DNA of 64,000 nt from the NCBI GenBank assembly GCA_951406725.2, contig OX597817.1, forward strand, positions 19,220,001 through 19,284,000, written 5' to 3'. A program made the position numbers and the translations under genes. This stretch comes from Octopus vulgaris (lineage: Eukaryota). This document shows, piece after piece, positions 1 to 12,100 of the stretch (the first letter of the stretch is position 1; each line of letters opens with the position of its first letter). The notes under the pieces were generated by a model that was not told the origin of the DNA, searched no databases, and saw nothing but the letters and a program-made list of their open reading frames with translations.

Positions 1-746
1 CTCATAATAACTTGGTATGTTTCTTCAACTTCATAGTCATTTTGATATCTTAAATGCAATTGAAAGATTTTAATATGCCTCCCTTTTGAATAATTTGCCA
101 TGCTCCACATGACTATAAGATGTTCAAACTGCAACCAAAATGCTGATGAGAGAGCCCCGATTCATATTTCACATTTGTCAACTGTTAGCTTCTCAAGGTA
201 AGCAGCTTTAATTGAGCAAGTTGAAACTTTACGTTTGAATCGCAGCATGAAAGTTTAGTCATTGGACGTCGTAACATCTGTGACAAATCGACGTAAGCAG
301 AACCGCGTTAAAAACGAAAACTCACTGAGTTCTGGCTGGATTAAAGAACTGAACATGATTGTGTTTACTTCCATTTCGTTTTTAAACTTGAAGACATTAA
401 TTTGCTAAAATATAGTGTTTCTAAATAAAATGAGGTTGCCATACGTCTACATAATAAGGCTGATAGACCAAAACAGCATAATATATATTCTTAAGATTTA
501 CATGTTTCTACTCAACATATTTCTATTTAAGCTTCATTTCCTATAATCCTTAATGTTTTAATTTTAAGATCAATTGTATCATTTACGAGGCTATATATAA
601 TTGTGCTACTAGCTCCAACATTCTGATGGCGAAATATTGGAAAAATGACACTCAGACTAACGTTTGTGATGTTTATAAATTTCTATATTACGTAGATTTT
701 TTTTTATTGGCACATCTTTCATATATTGTTGTGTGTGTGTATGTAT

Positions 747-904
747 AGAAGGCCATATGTGTTTCAGTAAGACTCTGCACTATCACACATGACTCTAGTA
801 ACACAGGAATTTTCATGATCACATAACCCCAAACATTTGGCCTCCTAATTCCCCAGATCTCACCTCATTGGACTATTATGCGTGGAGCGTTGTTGAGAGA
901 GAGA

Positions 905-950
<46 letters not shown>

Positions 951-1232
951 GAGAGAGGTCAATGAGTATGCCCCTAGAAACCAAAGATTCTTTGAAAGCC
1001 AAGATAGTCAGAGTCATGTCTCAAATGAACCAGGGCCAATTGATTCGAGCATGTAGATTTAGATCTCATATAGAAGCTGTTAATGTAACTGAAGGTGGCT
1101 TTATTGAATAAGAGTATAGAAAAGAAGTTTTATTTTTATCCTAATGGCATCTTTTGATAAATAAAGTTATCTATTAGTATATATGTTTTTCTAATAAGCA
1201 TAAATCTGTCCTCAAATATCTCACGCACTCTG
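747..1232 (+). mobile_element. Tc1/mariner (DD37D/maT-like) transposon 3' remnant
   Basis: Manual translation gives RRPYVFQ*DSALSH...ITPNIWPPNSPDLTSLDYYAWSVVER, then an (AG)n insertion, then ACRFRSHIEAVNVTEGGFIE*. These are C-terminal catalytic motifs of Tc1/mariner transposases. Ends ...CACGCACTCTG|TA like a 3' TIR plus TA. Confidence 0.85.
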
Positions 1233-1472
1233 TATATACACTAGCACACAAACACACACACAGGCACACACATATATACGCAGATGTGTGTGAATAATTG
1301 TTTGCGCATACATCATGTATATATATATATATAAGTATGTATGTATGTATGTATGTATGTATGTATGTATGTATGTATGTATGAATGTCTGCATATATCT
1401 ATGTATATGTGGTGTGTGTGATTGTATGTGACATAATGCGTGTGTAATATACTGCTATTCTTTTAGTCTTAC

Positions 1473-1603
1473 AGATGAACAGTTTTCCGGTATTTGAAAT
1501 CATATTGTTAAATGTTCCATCAATATTAACCTCTCCGCCAGTGACTTCAAAGATTTCTTTCTCTATTTTTATGTTTATACTGTCCAGAATATATATTATG
1601 TGC
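1473..1603 (-). other. Candidate coding exon (minus strand), unknown product
   Basis: Acceptor TATGACAG| and donor |GTAAG flank an open 131-nt frame HIIYILDSINIKIEKEIFEVTGGEVNIDGTFNNMISNTGKLFI. No family recognised. Confidence 0.25.
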
Positions 1604-4227
1604 CTGTCATATAATTATTAATTACCACTGGACAAAGACATGAGTGAGTTATAATCACAGAAATTACTAACATTTGCGACTACCTTATAATTTCCTTTGC
1701 AAGTCAGCCATCGTGGTAGCAGTAATATTTTACGTGCTCATTAATCATTGATCTAAGAGTTTTACTTGTGTCAATGGGGAAGATTAAACGTTAACCTTTT
1801 CCTTCACTTCTTCTTTGAAAAGTTTCCCTCATCGTTATTTCGCAAATTCTAATATTTGACGTAATTTATCCACAGCATTATTTAGGCTCGTCATTTATTA
1901 AAACCTTTAGTGACACGAATTGCAATATTCCGTAATCTTGCCAACGTGTTACAGTGGGCATTTCAACAATACTTAGATTAATATCTTGTCACTATGGCAA
2001 ACGAAAATATGCATCTTGCTAAACTAGAATATATAAGCCATTTTGCATTTGCAATAAGCACATCCATGAAGAATTCCAGAGGCCTATGCAAAATATATCC
2101 TATAGACTTTTCTATGTCGTGTTTAGTTCTTACTGTTCAGTGATTTTCTTTACAATTTTTAAACATTATACTATTGATTTCATTTGTGTCTGGAGTATAT
2201 ATTTCGGAGATGTATTGCATACTTTATATTTGCTTTTCTTTAGAGGCGTCATTAGTACTAAGGGACGGCATATGTATTTTATAAGTTGTCGTTCAAATTA
2301 TTTAATTTAGAATTTCGACAGCTTTCATTTTGCTAAATGAATCTCTAATAAAATCATAGAAAATGCGATATTCTGTTCCCAAAACCAGAGCTCATTCTAA
2401 TGCTTCTGATGTTATTAAATGTTCAGAGAGCTATATATTGTTCAGTAACTGTTATTTGAATACTTTAACAGACCAGTAAATATCCAATGCTACGTCATAA
2501 AATTCTTTAGCACTTATTGTAAATACAATGATTAAAAATGTTGAGAAACTACTTCCAATATTGGTTAGTTTAGCCTTATATAATTTTTTTACATTAAAGT
2601 TATTTCTTCCTCGCTTAGTATTTATTCGTGGCTATTTCAAACATACGTATACTTCCAATTGCCATAGCATTGGTTTATAAAATATAATTGAGGGATATAA
2701 CAAAGAAAAGAGTGATGAGCAATAGCGTCAAATTTCTAAATGAAAATATTAACAATTAATATGGCACGAGATAAAAAGAGATACTGTGAAGGGCAAAATA
2801 CTCCGGATATGAAATTATAAAAAACTAAGTATTCATATTTTCAAATTCTGCAAATATTTTACTGTTTAATATATAAGTTTCTCTTATCATTTAAATAACA
2901 AGGGTATGGAGCAGGAGAACATGAATGCAAAGATTAAATCTGTATATCTTATTTGTGGAATCATAGAATACGCGACTATTTGGAATATCGTATTAATATT
3001 TGAATCACAACAATTCTGCTATGGCTGACTAGATAGATCTGTAAATGTAATCACTTCACTGACACATTACATCAATTATTTCTACAACTAGAGGTATTTC
3101 TTAATAGTTTCATACACATCATTGGTTACTATAGTTTTAAAGTAACGGATGAAAGATTGTTTTCCAAATTTATATTTATAATGTCCTTTCGTAATGTAAT
3201 GTGTAATGTTTTGAATAGATATCTAATCATCGAAACGGAGATATTTCATTGCGATTCTACTTCTATTTTATGTCGAATCCCACTAATAACCGCGCATGGA
3301 TTTCTTGTATAGGATTAATTTCAGGACAAGGAGACATCGTTCATGCGATACCTTAGATGACTGTATGGGCTGTTAGACAATTAAAAGAAAGTAAGTCAGT
3401 ATAAGAGAAATTTGAATCCATGATAATAGATCTCTCTAAGAATACACTTCACATTCTCAACTATTTAACAAAATATATCGAAGTCCTAAACATTCTCAGC
3501 AAGTTTAGGCAGCAATCATTTCAAACAATTTAAGACTTTAAAAGATTCATTGTCATTGAAATTACACTTAAATGCAAGTTAAACGGCTTTCTTTCAGTTA
3601 TGATATTTTCTTGCAGTTTTCTGGGAAAAACAATGTTTTGATTTAGTTCAGTTGTGTTTGTGCCAAGAAAAGTAATGAAAATTATATCATTGTTTTCTTT
3701 TATATATGCCAAGGAATACATATCGAGAAAGAAGGGTTATTCGATTCAAGCTATCTAGTTCATATTAGTGCAAAACGAATTTAGGACATATACAAAGAAG
3801 AAACAAACTGGAATGGAAAATGCCTTGTAGACTTACATTGAACTCAACACTGCAAAACACTAAATGTGACAACTGATGCCATTTTAATTATGGAGAAGAA
3901 AAGGAACGAGAAAAGTGAAATTATATGCTTTACATATCATTCTACGGTACTTTTTACAAACATAGATGACAGAAGGTAACATTAACCAAAGACAGGAAAA
4001 CTATAGAAGAAAAATGTAGATGAATGTGTCCAATTGATGATATAGAAACTGTATTTATAGTAGAAATAAATTTAGCATTTGCTGCATAGTATTTATTAGT
4101 GGTTTTGCATCAATATGTACATGGATTGGAATGACTGAAGCACTTACACACACATGCACACACACACGCACTTACACACATGGTCATATATATATATATG
4201 TATGTAAATATGTATATATATATATAT

Positions 4228-4298
4228 AGTGGTAGAGTAATATGCTTTATTTTAGCAGCAGAAAATTCAACTGCTGCTTAAAATATATTACTACCACT
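4228..4298. repeat. Short imperfect hairpin
   Basis: AGTGGTAG-AGTAATA..TATTTT-AGCAGCAG / CTGCTGCT-AAAATA-TATTACT-ACCACT, embedded between TA microsatellites. Confidence 0.7.
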
Positions 4299-4350
4299 GG
4301 TATTTGAGTACTCTTTTTTCCACCTTGTTTCACATTTATGTGTTTACTCC

Positions 4351-4393
<43 letters not shown>

Positions 4394-4843
4394 ATACAAT
4401 ATGTTACATTACTCGGTAGTCAAGATAAAACTCTGAGTTTCAGATGCCGAAGTGGAATTCCACAACACCATCTCTTCGGTTATCTGGCTATTTGAAAACG
4501 TTATGAAAAAATACCGTTAAAAATGAAGGGAAATTACTCTGTTATAACTCTGCTTTGCCTGCGTACTTATACATCGCTCGCATTTTTCGTCATAAAAATT
4601 ATATAAAAATACATAAAAATATATAAAAATATATAAAAATATATAAATTCTTCTTGGGACATAACACAGAAAGCATGTTCTATCCGTTTTCTTTAGGGGA
4701 CCAAAAACCTAACAGAAATTTAGTCACATGTGGGCATGATCCGAAAAGCTCTGTCCTTGTATTTAGACATGTGGTAGGGTCTAAGCTGCTTTTCCAGATA
4801 AGCCATCTCTCCATGTCGCATAAACCGCACCTTCCGCACCTTC

Positions 4844-4990
4844 CGTTTATGCGACATGGAGAGATGGCTTATCTGGAAAAGCAGCTTAGACCCTACCACA
4901 TGTCTAAATACAAGGACAGAGCTTTTCGGATCATGCCCACATGTGACTAAATTTCTGTTAGGTTTTTGGTCCCCTAAAGAAAACGGATAG
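4844..4990 (+). mobile_element. Penelope-like element ORF C-terminal fragment (mirrored on minus strand about 4680-4825)
   Basis: Frame reads RLCDMERWLIWKSSLDPTTCLNTRTELFGSCPHVTKFLLG..*. This matches the LCxxEK...LNxRxEL..xCxHxxKxLL C-terminus that follows the GIY-YIG domain in PLE ORFs. Confidence 0.75.
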
Positions 4991-5184
4991 AACATGCTTT
5001 CTGTGTTATGTCCCAAGAAGAATTTATATATTTTTATATATTTTTATATATTTTTATGTATTTTTATATAATTTTTATGACGAAAAATGCGAGCGATGTA
5101 TAAGTACACAGGCAAAGCAGAGTTATAACAGAGTATTTTCCCTTCATTTTTAACGGTATTTTTTCATAACGTTTTCAAATAGCC

Positions 5185-5247
5185 AGATAACCGAAGAGAT
5201 GGTGTTGTGGATTTCCACTTCGGCATCTGAAACTCAGAGTTTTATCT
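5185..5247 (+). ncRNA. Minimal type I hammerhead ribozyme-like motif (mirror copy 4423-4485 on minus)
   Basis: Stem I AGATAA/TTATCT; core CCGAAGA (U4C variant of CUGANGA); stem II (A)GATG...CATC(T) with inner GTGGA/TCCAC; GAAAC-TCAGA-GTT. Confidence 0.65.
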
Positions 5248-5341
5248 TGACTACCGAGTAATGTAACATATTGTATAGATAAATTTCCTCTATTTACATA
5301 ATATTGAGGTCTCTTTCTTTCTTTTGTTATCTTACCGTTTT

Positions 5342-5399
<58 letters not shown>

Positions 5400-5414
5400 T
5401 AGATAGATAGATAT

Positions 5415-5456
<42 letters not shown>

Positions 5457-6394
5457 GTGTGTATATCTTTCGTTATTGTATTTGGTTTCCAAGATTCTTT
5501 ACGTGAATTTGTGTGTTGAAGCATATGTTATTGCGTCTGGGGATTCTCTCACAGTGCCTTATTAATTTAACACACTCGCTGATTTCCACTCATTTATTTA
5601 TTTGTATTAAAATTTTCATTGCGACTTGCTAAATTTTCAATAGTCGTTGACTCTGTCCTTTATCTGAATAACGTTGTCATTACCAGTATAAGACTACAAC
5701 CACAACCCAACCCATCCTATTGACACCGCCCGGAACACCACCACAATCTCTACCACTGTTACAAATAGAACAATTAATAACAACAATAGTAATAATAACA
5801 ACGATGGTAATGATAACGTTAATAATTCGAAGAATCTAGATTTTTCTATCCCCTTCTCTAACCACTCCTCTGACAATATTACCTCCTCCATTCCTAAAAA
5901 CAATCCCTAAAGTTCACCTAATTGAAACTGCCATCCTGGAACACAAAGTAAGATCAAAACGCTCTGGAATTTTCAAAAAGACATGCTTCAATTTTCCTAA
6001 AATTAATTTAAATTAATAAAATAATGATGAATACACACGTACATATGCGTGATGAACAAAATGAGTAATAATAATGTCATATATAAAATGTCAAATGTTT
6101 TGGGCCCACCTTATAAACATATAGCCAAATAGTTAAAAAAGTTCTTTTCCCAATCAGGATGTTCCGGTTACGATCCCAGCTCGTGTTATCTAGGCAAATA
6201 TTACTTTCTATAATTTTGGTTGACCTATAAATTGTGAATGAATTTTCGTAGGCGTAAAACTGTATGCATGATTCAAACTAACATTCCTAGTTTCAGATTG
6301 GCTGCTAAACGTGTAATACAATAATTTCATATTGAATAATTTGTTAACGGAGCATAATTAACATTTTATATTAATACTTCTCTTCATTCTTTAG

Positions 6395-6468
6395 ACACTG
6401 CGCAGTGAACTGTACTTTCTACCAACAAGAAGATAGCCTTAACAATGTTATACCATTTCATGCAAGAG
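6395..6468 (+). CDS. Candidate internal exon of a host gene
   Basis: Polypyrimidine acceptor CTTCTCTTCATTCTTTAG| and consensus donor GAG|GTGAGT. Only one frame is open: HCAVNCTFYQQEDSLNNVIPFHAR. Confidence 0.4.
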
Positions 6469-6650
6469 GTGAGTATATTCAATAGAAGAATATTTAAATG
6501 AAAGAAAAGAAGTATATACAGAGAGAATTATTTTTCTGTTAAAGAAAATGCTTTCATTCATTTATCATCCCAGTTTTATATATGATAGAAACGCTAAAAT
6601 AATCAATTCAATATGTAAGTCTGAATGCAGGTGTTTGCACACACACACAC

Positions 6651-6698
<48 letters not shown>

Positions 6699-6843
6699 GT
6701 AGATGTGTGTGCGTGTGTGCATACGAAACGTTGGTACACATACACATATATATGCATACATATATATACATGAGTACATGTGTGTGTATACTGAACGTAG
6801 GCACACGCTCACAAATACACATACACACACACACACATATATA

Positions 6844-6918
<75 letters not shown>

Positions 6919-7012
6919 ATATGCGTGTGTGTATACTAAATGCGCACACATACGCACGCGCACATACACACACGCACACAAGCACAACACTATATCTCTT
7001 TTGTACTGACAG

Positions 7013-7122
7013 GTTTGATGAATGAGGCCCTAATCCCATCTGTTAAAATATTCGCGATGTTTATGAATAAATATTTAATTATTACTGCTTGCTTCCTCTC
7101 ATTTTTAGCCAGGAATGTTTGA
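7013..7122 (+). CDS. Candidate terminal exon with hydrophobic C-terminus (GPI-signal/TM-like)
   Basis: Acceptor CTCTTTTGTACTGACAG|. Phase-compatible with 6395-6468, giving G-LMNEALIPSVKIFAMFMNKYLIITACFLSFLARNV*. Confidence 0.35.
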
Positions 7123-7275
7123 ACATTGAGTAATGTCAAACATAATATAAAATGTAGATTCAGTTAAGTGTATATTAATCAAGATTGTACCTTCACAGAT
7201 CTGTCTATCGTTCTTTGAATCTATATCTATGTCTCTATCAATTCATACACATATATCTACAAGAAAAAGGCTGAC

Positions 7276-7443
7276 TGTGACATCGAAATTCCAGCTTTCC
7301 GTCGACAGGATTTGACTTTAGCTTTTCAAGCCCAATATATAGTTTAGTTTGCGGATGAATGGAGAATTATTTGTGGGCGAAAATGGGTGTACCTTCTAAG
7401 TCACAGTCTGACGATGAAAAATAAGCCGGAAACTTGGAGTCAA
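7276..7443. repeat. Old inverted pair of HHR-like motifs
   Basis: Plus arm CTAAGTCACAGT-CTGACGA..CCG-GAAAC-TTGGA-GTC (7396-7443) aligns with the reverse complement of 7276-7322, CTAAAGTCAAATC-CTGTCGA-CGGAAAGCTG-GAATTTCGATGTC. Confidence 0.5.
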
Positions 7444-8469
7444 TTCCTCATTGTAAAATTAAATAACTATGGTAAATTATTTAATGCTTGACTATTTTTA
7501 TGATTAATATTTACATTAAACCGAGGATTAATATCCATCTCTATAGATACAAGCAGATATATATCTATGTTTGCATATGCATCTGAATATGTGTGTGTGT
7601 GTGTTTTGTATACTTAATTGTATATATAAGATTTATAATGATAGTGGCCTTTTACACGGGAGTCTCCGAGATATGTGGCTCCTTCTTTGCACAAGTCTAA
7701 AGCAGTTTAGTTCGAACTGTCTAAAGAAATGAGTAGCCTCAACTATAATGGTGAGTAATAATTCAAATGACCGTTACTTAATTGATATGTATGAATATAT
7801 ATTTACGATATTGACCAAATGCAATTGTAGTTATATATAATATCTCATAAAATATTGGGTGAAAATCTATTCACTGCAAATCGAACCACAGTGTCTGCCG
7901 GAGACTAGTCGGTTTTAGTACCCTAGAGAGACTTAGAAGCAAGTAAATGAGACTCACATAACAAATAAAAGCCTGAAACTGACAAGCAAGAAATTGAATT
8001 TTTATCTTTCTCTTCTTGTTCAAGCATATAAAACAACTTTGAGCAAGTGTTTTCTTTTATCTTTGATGTTGTGAATTATCATTTGCTACATTTCCATTTG
8101 AGCAACATCGTAAAACAAACGTTTTTTTCAAATATCGCGGTAATTCACTAAGCGGGATCAGGAAAAAAAAAAAAAAAAAGCAATCAGACACACCAAATTA
8201 TTTTGGATGTATTTATTTACAAGTAAGTGAATGTAAAATTTAAATCTTGGAAAAAAAGGAAGAGATAATATTCCTAGCCTAATGTTAGATATCCATGACA
8301 CTAGAAAACATAAGTATTTTTAGCACTTACGGAAAATAATTTAAAACGAAAAAAAACAGACCTCTTTTGTGATTCATGGCAAATTACGTTCACTTATATC
8401 AGAAAAAGATGTTATAGGAATGGTTACAGTTAACATTATTTAACTATATGCATGCTTCTGTGATTAATT

Positions 8470-9100
8470 TGAAATTAAGCAAGGAGAAAAGTAGATATCC
8501 GTTCTCCTCCGTCTAACAAAGTTGCAGAAGGCGTAACAACTAAATTGTTAGCATGGTTAGAACATTTAATTAATATTGGTGGAGCCAGCAATCTTAATGA
8601 TGCTGTGGAGACCGTCCTTGTTGCGGGTAGTTTAGAAGTATATTGACTGTTTGTAAAGAAATGGATAAAGGGAAAAATACAAATTACAATAACGAAACTT
8701 GCTGTTATCTATTAAATCGCATTTGGAAAATAAACTCTCCATAAGGATAAACCACCAAATTGAAATTAGTGAGCACTCAAGTACTTCAAAGGACTATGGA
8801 TGGGTTGGAATAATAGTGTCTTAAAGTTTACACAAATAAGAGTCAAAATTTGTTAATTTGTTGTTATGGATGAATGTTGAAAATTATCTGGGCGGAAACA
8901 AAAATCAGATTTGGATTTCCTCCAAAGCATTGTAAAGAAAGAAAAAAAAGTCTAACAAGCCCTCGGATATTTTAGGCATATCATAAGGTAAGAAGAGTGT
9001 TTCAAAAATTGTTGGTTACTGGAAAAATCTTTGCAGAAGGCAAAGAATAACGTATACAAAACTGAAGTGTGTCACAGAGATAAGCGGATTAAATATACAA
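8470..9100 (+). mobile_element. RTE-clade LINE 3' remnant
   Basis: Degenerate peptides resembling RMLKISW...YFxHIIR...KLLVTGKI...RRQRITY, typical of the RTE ORF C-terminus. Confidence 0.5.
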
Positions 9101-12100
9101 CCATAATGGCGAACGAAACTAGAAAATAATTTTCTCTTGAGTCATGCCACACAAAGCGCTGATGAACATATATATTCTTAAGAACAAAAGGTAAGGAAAT
9201 ACTGCTGAGGTAAAGAAATGTCCTCTATGGTACAAGATGGACGGCCAGGATTTAATTATAAACACCCCAACACTGAGGAATAATCAATAAATGCGTATAC
9301 AGAAATCATATACAGTATATTTAATAATTATCTATTTAATTCTGTTGTGAATACATTATCTGTGGATAGACCACAGGAACTTCGATGTACCTGATTGAAA
9401 TCACACGAGTAGCTTTGTCACCTTTGAAACTTAGCGACAATCGTTTAATCCTGATCGCAGCAACCAAATTTAAGAATATACTTTCTCATAAAACACGTAC
9501 AAAATCTATTACTGCCTTTCATTTTACATTATCAAAATGAGATTAAATATATGTGTACAAAACATAATCTGGGCTAAAGAAATGATCAATGATGCAAGAA
9601 TATCATTACAGATACCTCACAAATATGTCGATACAAAGATAGGTGATAATTGAAAAATCATTGAATCTCTGAGTATGGTCTTTTGCAGGATAACTCAAAA
9701 ATAAATAGTATTAAAGCATATTGACTTCAAATTAGATTGAACACAAATAAACATGTTGATGATCAGTAGGAAGTGCTGAATAATGAATGTATAAGACATA
9801 GCAGAAAATTAATATTAAGCACAAGAATCCTCAAGATGCAGTAGTAAAAATTAATTGAGTAATCACAAGAATAAATGATGTCAAATATAGATACAATTCC
9901 ACAAATTTGGAAAATTGCGGTTTGATTAAAACGCCCTAAACACTCTTGACAGATACTTCGATTTAACGTTCCCGGGGGGGGGGGGACATAAAGTATTGGA
10001 AGGATTACCAGTTTAATGACAATTAATTATAATTAAGCATGCCTAGATCTCCCAGGAAGAAAGATATTAATTGGAATGTTTTAGAAAGAATGGAAAGAGA
10101 GAAATCAAGAAAAGTAAAGTTTTCTGTGAACTAAAACTCCTCCATGGATAATTGAAAACGAAATAATCAAAATTGCATAAAAAAAATTTAAAAAAAACGT
10201 AATAAACAACCAACCGAAATCACTAACATACATACCTTTCTGTTAGATTCGCTGGTAAAGGGAAAGCTAAAGATTTCACAATCGTGGCAAGTCCAACGTT
10301 CTTGCGAGCAGATAAACCTAAGTGTATATCCTAAAGTATGGCCTCATAGTAAAAGCTATATACGAGCTGAATATTCTGCAGAGGCTGCTGAAAACACTAC
10401 TGCAGAGATAAAGCTAGGTATGAAGTGAATATAAACCACGACACATGATAATTTAACTCTGAGAGAAACAACGATATAGTGTAATTGTCAAATCTGGAAA
10501 TAGTGGAAACATGAATTTGGTTATTGAAAACAAACAAGCCTCTGGAATAATAAACATATGTGCAGTGAACTACATATCAAAATCCCCTACTTTTACAGTA
10601 CTAGGCTCTTCAAAAATAATATATATAGTGTTTTCAATAGGAAAAAAAATCATGCCGAAATCATGCCTAAAACCTTCGAATCAATGTTCGCGGGCGTAGT
10701 GAAAATAGGCAATAATAATGAGGCATTCGGAAAAACAGATTAGCCGGAAGAAAACGATGACTGTAAAGACAAAATAGATTGTTACAATCATAAATATTTC
10801 TACACGAATAAAGCACATCGCATCTTGATTGAAGACACTGAAGCCTGGTGCTATTTTTCTTTCATGCATTAGTTTGGTTTTGTATTCACGTATATGAAGA
10901 AAAATTCCCTTTAGTAGAAATAGAATCTAAGTCGGAAAATTCGTTGTACTCGCATGGCACTTAGTACTTTCACACTGATATAAGTAATCACAATAAAAGC
11001 TCGAATGTAATTATCAATAAAATTGCATCAATAACACAATTCACATTAAATCAGTTGATGGTTGACTGGAGTTAATAGGATTACCTTCAAAAGAATCATT
11101 GAATGAGATATGTAAAAACAAATTTAAAATAATTGTGAGGGTAATAACTATTATTGATTAATATTATACAACGGGCAGTTTCAGTTATGTATGATATCCA
11201 TTCAGCAGGTTCAGACAAAAGCCATCGAGAAAACTTCAGAAACAAATAACGTCATTAAATGTTTAGGAAATAGAGTGAAGCATAAATTAAGCGTTTATCA
11301 GTATTGCTATTCGACCTAAGGAGTAAATGTATTAATAGTACAGGAACAAAATAAATCAACGACAATCTTAATACATGTTGCATTTATATTTATAAACACC
11401 TCAACGAGAAATCAGTACATTCGATTTATTGATATATTTGTCAATTTGCACGTAATTACATGTACAGTGTGATATTAAAATATTTCACACATATATGGGA
11501 GTTTCTTGTTTTAAAGTATTATAGACAAAATTTACTTCGACAACCTTCAGCTCTCTTACGTTTCCCCTATCACATTGTCGCCGTCATACAGCATAAAATA
11601 TCTGTAAACTTATTTACAGTGTCATATCTAGCTGCTATAAAGTGGTGCTGGAATAAATAATAGACATTCATGGAAGGAATGTAATTTCAGTGTCGCAGCA
11701 ATTGTTCACAACGTCAGGGGAGCAAGAGCACTTTGCCGGCCTTCATCTTAATTAATGGGTAGGCCAGTCCAGTGACCATATCCTGCTCTTTCACAGCACT
11801 ATTCAGGAATGACTGTCCGGTCTTTTGCTTCGTCTTGCGATGCCGCTGTGTAACTTGACAGTTCTAATAACATTTTTCCTGGAATAGGTAAAGCACCAGA
11901 AATCTGAAGATAATGAATTTTCGATCATTACGAAGCCAATACCTATACTTAGCATTAAATTTATCAATTCTGGAAAGATAAAAAGTAAGGCTGATGTCTG
12001 TGGGTTTGAACGCAGAGCGCTTTACGAAGTTTCGCAAGCTACTTTCACTGATGCTATAAAGCCTTTTCTATTTTAGCACTCACAGCCTAAGTGTTATATC

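Larger units (their letters stand above)
4389..5281. repeat. Near-perfect 893-bp palindrome made of two inverted PLE 3' ends
   Basis: Arms 4389-4825 and 4845-5281 (about 437 bp) are reverse complements with about 3 substitutions seen. The 19-nt spacer contains CCGCACCTT twice. The mirrored ORFs 4654-4950(+) and 4720-5016(-) in the track reflect this symmetry. Confidence 0.97.

Noticed and set aside
4654-5016. Two 98-aa near-identical ORFs on opposite strands
   Set aside because: A by-product of the palindrome; the meaningful frame is the PLE C-terminus at 4844-4990.
6548-7039. YI/HT/CV-repeat ORFs (also at 25.7-26.3, 35.5-36.1, 51.8-53.7, 60.8-61.7 and 63.2-63.9 kb)
   Set aside because: Translations of TA/CA/TACA microsatellites.
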